Positions 24,701 through 34,212 of a DNA stretch of 64,000 bases are shown here, piece after piece. How positions within the stretch are numbered: position 1 is the first letter of the stretch; the number at the start of each line of letters is the position of its first letter. Source of the DNA: Phyllosticta citribraziliensis (taxonomy: Eukaryota); contig NW_027117349.1 in the NCBI RefSeq assembly GCF_038025025.1, positions 682,001 through 746,000 on the forward strand, read 5' to 3'. Below the pieces are notes generated by a model. It saw nothing but the letters and a program-made list of their open reading frames with translations. It was not told where the DNA came from and made no database searches. Position numbers and translations under genes: made by a program.

Positions 24701-26130
24701 ATGGCGGAGCGTACGGATACCGACGACGTCTATGATGTCTATCCAATCCCACCTCTCCCGCACTATCTGCCGTCGGAGTCAGAAATCTATGGACCTGGAA
24801 TGAAGTTCGTTACAGCCGTTGAGGCGGGTTGGGCGATTTCGGATCACGGCAATGCAGACGAACTCAATCTTGACGAAATGACAAGGGACACTGCAGGTGA
24901 GTTGAAGACTCCCGATGAGTACGGCTTCGTTTTCAAGCGCTGACTTGAAATAGCCTACCTTCACTATTCCAGATACAATTCGATTCCGCCGAGCTCTGTG
25001 AAGGCCACCGCAAGACCTGGCCTGAGCCAACTGTCGCGTGAATTCGAATGGCACGAGGCACGTTGCAACAGTATCGCTAAAAGGCTACAGGATGAGGTAT
25101 GGAGCTTACCTGCCGAGGGCACGACCATCGAAGATTGGCCTTTTCTTCCCAAGTTCGTACTTGCCGTGGTGACCTGGAGCAATGGCGTCGCATTTTTAGG
25201 GGACCTCAGGCGCGAGTACGCCGCCCTCGGCCTGAAACCGGCCACAGAATCTGTCCCTGCGATGATGGCCCGGCATGATCATCAGACACGGATCAAACAG
25301 CGCTTCGAGCATTACAAGCAACAAGCCATGGAGACTCTAAGCAAGTCCACCGAAGATTTGAAAAAGTCAGGCGGTGCAGCTGGACCAAATTTCCATCTTC
25401 GCACTGCGCGAGAGAAATTGTCGTTGAAGAGGGAGCTCAAAAGAATTTGGGATTGCCTCAAAACCGTAGAAGACGAGCAGCTTGGTGATTCGAGTGGAGT
25501 CGACGAAGAAATTCTTGAGGTATCTCAGCGTCGAATGGTCGTATCCTACAACCAGGTGACACCGCCCGGGAAGATGGAGTTTTGGACTCAATTCTTTGAT
25601 CCCGAATTTGCCGCGTCGATCTATTGGGCGGGTAAGCTCTTGAAACAGGTTGTTTCGAGCCAGCTTCCACTGACATGCAAAACACCAGTCCATCCTACGG
25701 TCGCCATCGAGCGCAACTTCAGTGATGAAGGCATCGGCGGTGAGTCCACACACGAAGCAAAGTAAATGATTTACCTAACCTGATCACAGCTCTCCTGGTC
25801 CAAACCTTCTGTGTTGCATGCGATCAGATTTGGTGTCTCTATGTCGAACCGCATCTCGCCAACGACAAGGCCCGCCGCACTTTGCAAAGTGGCTCCGAAG
25901 TCAATATCTCGCGGCACCAAAACCCCATCAACCCTGATGAGATCTACTGCAGCATCAAAGAGGTCGCTACGAGGTATTTCGACGACCCCAAAGCCTTAAA
26001 GCCATCAATCGAGGCAGTCATCGTAGCGCAAGTCACACCTCGCTATTCAGCGACCAAAAAACGCTCCAGATGCACATTTCCGCCCCCTGATTTTCCCCTT
26101 GCCATGGTTAAAAAGCGGAAAGTCGATTAA
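24701..26130 (+). CDS. Hypothetical protein (3 exons, ~440 aa)
   Basis: ORFs 24701, 24998 and 25882 join in frame through introns about 24897-24953 (GTGAGT..GCTGAC..TAG) and 25740-25789 (GTGAGT..CTAAC..CAG). C-terminal KKRKVD. No recognised domain. Confidence 0.65.
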
Positions 26131-26637
26131 GCGTTCACAGAATCATCTACATGGACACCATGGCTTCCCCCGGCCTCATTCAGTTCTATTTTGGTAGTTC
26201 TCCCTTTTTGACATTGGCTTTGAGCTCTTCTCACAAAAGTTTCAGCTCGCGGGACAGTCTCATTTCAGGAGCTTGGAGCATTTGAACTGTCGATTGCACT
26301 AAGATCTCAGCAACATCTGGCTGGTGGTGATAGTGCTTTGGCGTTGGATTCGGACCTCTTGCTTTGATCTATGGAATAGAACCGACTTCAGACCTTGAAA
26401 ATTACGTGAACGTCGGAATGTTCACGTCCCTCATGCTATTTGATCTGACCGGAGTTTGCCAGTACCCCTTTGTAGTCTGCAAAATTTCGCAACAGACTGC
26501 CCACGAAGTTCCCTTTGACGTCGCCCACAACCTGCCTGCAACGTCGCCTGCAACCTCCCGGGGATTTTTCTGCACCATGCAATTGTTTCAGAAACTTTTA
26601 CCGCCCTTCCAAGCCCTCCGACTGCTTTACCATAAGA

Positions 26638-27524
26638 TTACGGCGCAAGATGCGCCAGAGGCGACAAATGCAGCCAGAAGGTTCCGCCATGCTTGATGAA
26701 TTCCTGCCAGAAGTCAGAAAATTCCGCTGCCATTTTCAAGAAGCAGACGAGCCTACCTTGGCAGGCCTATCGCCAAATCCGCCGCGTCTTCCCTGAAGCT
26801 CAATCATTCCCGCAACTTGCTTCGGCTGCCACAAGCCTCTCGATAGCTCCAAAAAGTTCTCGAATGCAACGCTGCTGACGGCACGAACAACGTCGGTGAG
26901 GGGCGCATCTTCATTCTGCCAGAAGAATAGGTACTTGATCCTTCGAAGGGGGCGATCGCGCTCTGGCATGACGAGCTCGCCCTTGATGAGCATCATCTTG
27001 TCGGCGGGAGTGTTGGGCGAGGTGTCGATGACCAGGCCGTTCCAGGTGCAGGGGAAAAGAGTGCCTCGCCTTCCTGCGCATATCTGCTTCTGAAGCCTGT
27101 CTTCTCGGAGGTGCTCCAGCCAGCTCTCGATCTTGTCGCGCCAGGAGTTCTCCATCTTCTCGAGCGCGAGTCTGTAGCGCTCGGCCGGGTCCGTGAAAAT
27201 GAGCCGATCTGGGGCTGGCTCGGCGGCTGGTGCGTCGGGTAGAAATCCGTCTTCATGATGCTCATGGGGCTCTTCTGGGGGTTGAGGGGCGCCGGGTGCC
27301 TGAAAGTGCTCAACGCCATGAACATCGATGTTGCCTCTGCACTGGCATGGAACATTCTGATCCTGTCCACGCTGGCTGTGGTGCGCCCACCACTCAAGGC
27401 ACTCGACGTGCGCGTTTGCCTTGCAGGGAGCGTGCAAGATGAGTTCATCGCCGAGGTCGGCTTCGGAGCCACAGAGCCAGCAGGTGAAAAATGGGACGTT
27501 GACGCTGAATTTGACGGAGTTCAT
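26638..27524 (-). CDS. Hypothetical protein with N-terminal atypical RING-like zinc finger
   Basis: CWLC...HAPCKANAHVECLEWW...PCQCR. A probable intron 26756-26704 (GTAGGC..CTGAC..CAG) leads to a short last exon. Confidence 0.6.
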
Positions 27525-28468
27525 GATGAAGAGGTGATGTTGAGGTTGCTATGTTGTAGAAGTTACTGAGTAAGAATAAATGGGACAACTCAGAACGGAT
27601 AGCTTTTCAAACGAAAAGGGCGAGGGGTGAATTCAGAATCTAGTAGTTGTGAAATACAAATGTGAAAATTCGAAGTGACCACCCAGAGTGAGTGCTTTGT
27701 GAGCAGCGCTTCGCCGTGATGGAAAAGGCTAATCTCGTGCGTGAATTCAGGTCTGGGTTGTAACTCTGTGAAAGTTCCAGGACAGTGATTCTACTATGTC
27801 CGTCCTCCTTTCGCCCTGAACAAAGGCATGGCACCTCAAGAAGCAAAAGACGCACATGAGGACTGGCAAGACAGATTGATTGTGTGAAAATCTGCCAGTG
27901 TAGAAGCGCCGCCTTGGCCGAAGCCATGAGAGAGGAGACAAAGCCAGATGTCGAAAAACAGGCAAACAGAAGTGCGCTCCAGAAACCCAACCCCAAAGCT
28001 CCATCCCATTGAAATCCGTTCCGATCAACAAGAAAACCCACCACCCTGAACGCCCCCAGCCCGCAGGCTTTGCTTTGTGAAGTGACGCCGTCCCCAATCC
28101 ACCCCGATGAGACCACCAAATCCACCACCCATAACCTCCCCAGAAAGACCGACACTCTGGAAGCTCCGAACGACGAACTCTTTGCCCAATCCACCCCGAT
28201 AGACCACCAAAACCACCGCCCTCGCCCCCGTCCCGCAGGATTGATGTGAAAGCGTTCCGTCCACGTTGAGCCCATGAACTTGGCCGGCCGCACCAACGAA
28301 CATGCATCCCTCCACTCCCCACTACCTCCCCAACCACGTCCCCACCTTCGTCCATCAAGCCCGTCAGATCCAGCCATCAAACTCCTCACACGCCAGCCCA
28401 TTTACCCCAAGACCGCCGTGCCGCGCCAACCCCAGCCTGCTACTCACTCCCCCTGCCACCCGATCATA

Positions 28469-28642
28469 TTGTGAAGCCAGCGCGCCATTTCGGGTGGGTA
28501 TTGCTACCACTTCCCTAGGCTCGTGCCAGCTCACTCAATGAAAGGGTGGCCACCTACTCGTCTTGTGAAGCCAGCGCGCCATTTCGGGTGGGTATTGCTA
28601 CCACTTCCCTAGGCTCATGCTAGCTCACGCAACGAAAGGGTG
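28469..28642 (+). repeat. Near-perfect 80-bp direct repeat (period 94 bp)
   Basis: TTGTGAAGCCAGCGCGCCATTTCGGGTGGGTATTGCTACCACTTCCCTAGGCTC is identical at 28469 and 28563, followed by 26 bp with 4 mismatches. Confidence 0.92.
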
Positions 28643-29424
28643 TGGAAGAGCGAGAGTTGCTGGTGGAAAGAGGGACGTTGGACTCGGGAAAACAAACTGG
28701 ATGAGACGAGCAAGACGGGCAGAAACGACGTGCAAGAGAGGGACCAAGGGGGGGAAGAAGTCGAAGAAGCAAAGGCAAAGCAGAGAGAAACGGCAGTCTT
28801 CTAGCCTCAATGCTCGCGAGAAGGGAGCAGAGAGCGCCGACTTGCACCACCCGAGCCCTGTCGAAGATTGGTAGATGAGGGCATAAGGTACGACTAGGTC
28901 GGCATCGCCTAGCGCAGGTCGTTGAGGATGACCAGGTGTCCGAGCAACACTGGCGTCTTGCCCACGCGAAGTGTTGCCCGGATGGGATAGCTCACCACTT
29001 GCCCCACAGCAGGTGCCTGTGACCCTGTGGCAAGTGGACGCCGCCGGACCCTCCTTGTATGTACAGGATGCGACAGAGCCGGCAACACGTCTGTCCGCAC
29101 GCCGCCGGAGCGAGCTGGGTCAAAGAGATGAGGGTGGGTCGAGTCGAGAGAGTAAACCGAGAAGAAAGAACCGAAGAAGTAGCGAAAGACCGTAGTGAAA
29201 GGGCACCTGGTCAGAGTCAGCAGTGATACTTTGGGGCTGGGAGCGCGGGCGTCTTACCTCGTAGACTTGGCCGAGGCTTCGCCCTGGCTGAAATTCCGAA
29301 AGTTGAGTTGCACAGGACCGGGAGTAGGAGTCTCGCCGTCATAGTCGCGCTACGTGGGAGCATTCATGCGCTACAACTGAGACAACAAGTCGGAATCAAA
29401 GCGAAAAAGTTGTCGGAGAGGGCA

Positions 29425-30717
29425 TCACCAACGCCCGATGGCGTGAAGAACCAGCCGCCGTGCAACGAAACCATTGTCGTAAAACAACCGCTGAAGGGTG
29501 TTGACCGGCGGCAGGGTGTTGAGAAAGTCTTGCCTCTCGGTTTCCCACGTGCGCAAGAGATTCGGATCCAAGCTGCGACGCAAGACTAAATACTCGAGGA
29601 TGATCCCGAAGACAAGAATGGCGAGGGTACCTTTGTTGTGGATGGGCCTGACGGACATCTTGCAGCGATGGGTAGCCCGGTGAACAAACTGCTCGAACCT
29701 TCTATAGTAGGTATGCTGCTGGATCCGGACCCAAGCATCGGCGGAGAAATTGACGACAAGGCCGAGGACGAAGATGGCTTCTCGAAGTTTGGGAATGTCG
29801 AGGATGTCGATGACCAGAGCTTGGAAGGGGTTTTGGGGCGACTCAGAGATGCAGACATTCAGCCAGTCAATGGTGTCGTGCAGGAGGATGAAGATGGCGG
29901 CGGTGAGGGACGACCGCATCGGCGCTGCCTCCAAGTATTCGAAGACAGGAACAGTGCAGAGGGCGGACAACTTGAAGACGAGAAGGTGGTAGCCTTGCTG
30001 GGGGCTTGGAGGCAGTTGGAGCAGGTCTTCAGCGAAGCGCAGCAGGAACTCGAGGAGGATACGAGTCAAAGCCAGCATTGTGAGCAGGACAAGCTTCTGC
30101 CGGCGACGCAGGTGCTCGGAGCGATTTTCCGTCTGTTCTGCGGTAGTCGAGGTCGTGTTTCTGCCGAAAAGGTGCTGGACGAGTCTGTCGACATACCCAG
30201 AGAGCATTGAATGGACGAGTGCCGGGAAGGTCATACGCGCCAGGTACCAGGCTGGGAGCATCGGCGCCTCCCTGGTTCTCCAGAGCATGCAGGCGCTGAG
30301 AAAAGAACCGAGGACGGTGGCTGCAAAGAGCGGTTTGGCGATGAAGTCGTTAAGAAGGGGCGAAAAGGTCGAGGCCAAGTCGAACGCCGTCTCAAAGACC
30401 TTTGCCAACAGCGCAAACATCAATCCAAGTGCCAGGGAGAGCTTCGTGGTCGGATCGAGAGGCGCCTCCGTGGGGAAGCACTGAGTGTTGTTGGTTTGAA
30501 GCATCTCCAGGTAGTCGAGGTAGGTCGAGACCGGTCCCATGCTCCGAGGAACGGCCGCGAGGGCTGGCATGTCGCTCACGGGAGATGGCTGATCGATGAT
30601 AGTGCTGCTGGGGTTGAAGTAGTCGCTCAGGTTTTTGGTGATGATCAGAGCTACGAAGAGGGAGCCCGCGAGTACGCCCGCATTTGCAGACTGGGTAGGA
30701 CAACGGCCGTAAGGCAT
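29425..30717 (-). CDS. Hypothetical multi-pass membrane protein
   Basis: Long ORF with probable start MPYGRCPT at 30717 and many hydrophobic segments. The 3' end is uncertain because splice-like signals occur near 29210-29257. Confidence 0.55.
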   Translation of the reverse strand: MPYGRCPTQSANAGVLAGSLFVALIITKNLSDYFNPSSTIIDQPSPVSDMPALAAVPRSMGPVSTYLDYLEMLQTNNTQCFPTEAPLDPTTKLSLALGLMFALLAKVFETAFDLASTFSPLLNDFIAKPLFAATVLGSFLSACMLWRTREAPMLPAWYLARMTFPALVHSMLSGYVDRLVQHLFGRNTTSTTAEQTENRSEHLRRRQKLVLLTMLALTRILLEFLLRFAEDLLQLPPSPQQGYHLLVFKLSALCTVPVFEYLEAAPMRSSLTAAIFILLHDTIDWLNVCISESPQNPFQALVIDILDIPKLREAIFVLGLVVNFSADAWVRIQQHTYYRRFEQFVHRATHRCKMSVRPIHNKGTLAILVFGIILEYLVLRRSLDPNLLRTWETERQDFLNTLPPVNTLQRLFYDNGFVARRLVLHAIGRW

Positions 30718-31116
30718 GGTAGCGATTGCAACAAGAGAGTTGCGAGTGCAACGAAGAGAAGATGCAGGATCAATCCAGAAGACGAGATGGTGGTGGAACG
30801 AGATGGGTGTCGTTGGATGTGATCGGGCGGTGGATGAAAAGGTTTGGTGATTGTGCGAAGGGCAAAGGCGCAAAACACAATTCTGGGCGGCCTGTGCGTG
30901 AGCGGTTGGTGGACCAGAAGGACAGTAGCGCCGACAATGTGAAGTGAAAGTATATTGGGGGAGACCGGACTCTCCAGCACTGTGGACGTTCGGCCGATTC
31001 GAAGCATCTTGCAAGGCACCTGGCCCGACCCGCAGACCTTTGACACGCAGATGCTGCAATTAACACAAAATTTGATTGCTCGACGTTGAGCTACCTTCTA
31101 TGTTCTCGCACTGCCT

Positions 31117-31965
31117 CTACTTCTTTTGCTGAGCTCCAGTGTCCTAAGCCAACGGTCAGTCTGTGCACCCAACGTTTCCACTGCCTGAGGGTGGAATGAA
31201 AGACTCACCAAATACACCTGATAGAAATCCATCTTGACGCGTCCGTCTTCCTTTACAAGATGGGCCCTGGCCGCCCAGTCCACATCGGCCTCGCCACCCG
31301 CCTTGAGCCCATATCCAACCGTCCCGTACAGCATCACCTCGTCCGCGTTGTTTCCCGCAGGAAATATCTTGAGCGGAAAGTGGCGCCTGATGGAAACCCT
31401 CTCCCAGAGGCCTTTGCGCAGTTGCAAGATCTCTGCGATATAATATGTTAGACGGAGGTTCTCTGCGACAAATACTCGCAATGGTCGCGAAGTAGGAAAG
31501 ATCAAGACGTCTTCTTGGACAATCGGACAAAGAGGCTTTGTCTTGTGGAAAAACAAAGAAGTTGTCCGCAGACAAGCATTTGGTCAAACTACAGCCAGGA
31601 AAAGAGCATTCATGGAGGAGATTCGAAAAGAAAATACTAGTGCCACCTCTTGCCGAACGTTCTACAATTGAACTCGTGCAGCCCATGAAGATCCAAGGAA
31701 TGGACCTAGACGAGAGGCAAACAGGGCTGGAAGCATCTTTCCATGGAGACCCCCAGAGCTGAAAGAGATGATGCCACTTACCCTCTTTTCCGACGGCCTT
31801 ACGGCTTGCCATAATGAGCGTCGCGCCATCCGTGAAATTCTTGACGTACTCGTCGTGCACATCTGGGGTGTCCGATACAAGATAAAAGTCCTCGAAAAAC
31901 TTCTTGAAGTCGGGGTCGAATTGCAGGCCCGGGGGATATTCAGAAGCATAGCTGTGGGTTGCCAT
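31117..31965 (-). CDS. Conserved fungal SnoaL/NTF2-like small protein (3 exons)
   Basis: Spliced product: MATHSYASEYP...KFFEDFYLVSDTP..HDEYVKNFT.GATLIM..EILQLRKGLWE.V..RRH...EVMLYGTV.Y...VDWAARA...KMDFYQVYLDT. Introns about 31781-31433 and 31208-31144. Confidence 0.75.
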
Positions 31966-32456
31966 GGTGGATTGGATTGCACAAACGTCTGACAAAGCGG
32001 AGGGAATCACAACGAGACGTGGGAGATGAGTTTCCTTCGGGAAATAAAACGACAATGATGATGAAGGAGAAAACTGAAGCACCGCAAGGTATGTACAGAA
32101 GTAAGAGGTGTGATGGAGAAGAGATGCAGACGCTTAGCAAGCAAACGACGTTGTGTTTGGCTCGCGATCTGCAGCAGGGGTGGTAGCTCCACGTCGCGAT
32201 CCGACGGTGCCGGGATCGGATGCGCCCTCATCCGACTCCACGTTTACGCACCTTGTACGTTGTGTAGCAACTCCCACCCATTGACATTGTTTCTAATCAA
32301 TTATCTCGGTCTCTTTTCTGCTGAATCCATGAGCCTTTCCCACATCCATGTGCCTTTCGAGTCGAAGAAAAGAAACCAGCCTCATCACAGCCACGATGCT
32401 CAGCCGAACAACCTCCCCCAACACCATCCTGTCCCTGCAAGACCTCAGCGAGTAGC

Positions 32457-33566
32457 TTAGGCCTTCTTCCTCAACTTTGACGGAGCATGCGATATCCTGC
32501 GGTTACCTTCCTTCGCTGGCCCCTTCAACATTGCGCACATCTTCTGATAGGCGCTCGAAAGTAAATGAAGCGCCCAACCGACAATACCGTCCAACTTCGC
32601 CTTCGCGTCTAGGTATAATGCAAGAGGCAGCACTTTGGCGCAGAACAAAGCCAGATTTCCGAGCGAAGAAGGCTTGATGAGAAAGTCCATCAGATGAACC
32701 CTAGCCTGGAGAGCGCTATAAAGGACCACGAGAACGACTCGAGATCCCCAAGCCTCAGAGGTGAAGAAGTACAGAAAGAGGTAAATCGAAGCCTGGAGCC
32801 ACTCTCTCGTGTGGGAACCTGGTGGCGCGTAAGATTCCGATCCGAATTGTTTTGCAGCAACCAAGACAGGGCCGGCAAGGACCCACTTGCTCCGGACTAG
32901 TCGCAGACCCTTCCGCGAGGCCCGAGAGACTTTCGAGATGGCGTTTCGAATCGAAGCCCACGACAGCAGAGCTACCATGGAAGCCAGGATCGGGATAGTC
33001 ATGGCCCACGACTGAAACAACACTGCCATCAAGTTTTCCTTCTTTGGATCGTTCAGGAAATGCTCGACTGCGTCCAGCCACAGGGGCGAGTGATGAAGGA
33101 GCACGGAAATCTTAATGATAGGCATCCAGGAGTCGTCCATAAATCTTGCCCATGAGGAAATGATTGGTCCCGAAAAAGTGAATAGCCAGATGGTGACTGC
33201 GTCACCGAAACCTATCTTGGGAATGAAGCCGGAAGTCTGCTGTCCAGGAGAAGACGCAAGAGCCTGATAGTCGAGGAGCTTCATGATGAACAGCTGAATG
33301 ACGAGAAAGCAGCAGAGCTTAATGGAGAAACTTCGCTCGCCGAGAACTGTGGCTGCGATCAAGACCAGGCCGGCCCACGGCGTGTTGTCGGGTGTCGAGC
33401 ATAGAGTTCTCGCGCAGAGGTCGGCCACGATCAGCAAGATGAAGCCACCCCACGGGTTGGTACCGGAGACCATGCCCTGGATTGTCTCGCGGGAGGTCGT
33501 AAGCACTCCCTGGACGTCGTCGGCCCATGACACCCATGGCGGAGCGTCAACGTCTTCGCGCTTCAT
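32457..33566 (-). CDS. Hypothetical multi-pass membrane protein (369 aa, intronless)
   Basis: ATG-initiated ORF with multiple hydrophobic helices and a basic tail. No recognised family. Confidence 0.55.
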   Translation of the reverse strand: MKREDVDAPPWVSWADDVQGVLTTSRETIQGMVSGTNPWGGFILLIVADLCARTLCSTPDNTPWAGLVLIAATVLGERSFSIKLCCFLVIQLFIMKLLDYQALASSPGQQTSGFIPKIGFGDAVTIWLFTFSGPIISSWARFMDDSWMPIIKISVLLHHSPLWLDAVEHFLNDPKKENLMAVLFQSWAMTIPILASMVALLSWASIRNAISKVSRASRKGLRLVRSKWVLAGPVLVAAKQFGSESYAPPGSHTREWLQASIYLFLYFFTSEAWGSRVVLVVLYSALQARVHLMDFLIKPSSLGNLALFCAKVLPLALYLDAKAKLDGIVGWALHLLSSAYQKMCAMLKGPAKEGNRRISHAPSKLRKKA

Positions 33567-34212
33567 TGTAATGACGAAGAGGGTGGGAAAGACAGCTTCT
33601 CAGAGGTCTGCTGACGGCGGAGGGTATTGGTTGAGCGGTATCAGCAGATGCGACTGCAAGGTGACGAGAGTCTGAGAGCATTTGAAGTCAGCAACGATGT
33701 CAACAAGGTGAGAGAAAATATCGTACCTTGAAATGCGCTGAGACAAGACTTCGACCGGGATCCACGGACAAAAGTAGGCGGCGACGTGAAGGCAAAGGAG
33801 ATGGCAACGGCAAAGGCAGCGCTTGAGGTCGAGCCGCAGTTGAGAAAGAGACGAAGCTTGACCAGTCGCTGAAGGCGTGCGAGCGAAGAGCTCGAGAAAT
33901 AATCGAAGGTAATTGCCTCTTGTTGCGAGGCTGTGTGGAGAAGGGCGTTGGGCGGAGGAGGGAAGAAGACGGCGACATAGGTATGTAGTAGGGAAATGGG
34001 CACAACAACGAGCGCCAGCGTAGGCAGCCTGAGACACAAAAAGTGGTAAAATAACACAGCGCTGGAATAACGTGTTTAAAGAGAATGCTACTTGACTTGC
34101 AATGCAACGGCCCGGCCCAGCTGATGAGCCCGCGACTGTGCCTATGCTCTCAATCGCTCTGTGACTTTGCCACTTCCATCCATCGTATCTCATAACTTCA
34201 TCGCCATCCCAT

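Noticed and set aside
27640..28401. 253-aa and 203-aa minus-strand ORFs upstream of the RING-like gene
   Set aside because: Gly/Trp-rich translations arise from a C/A-skewed non-coding tract, with overlapping frames all open.
21600..33600. Starship or autonomous transposon
   Set aside because: No DUF3435/tyrosine recombinase, DDE transposase or reverse transcriptase motifs were recognised, and there is no AT-rich RIP-degraded block.
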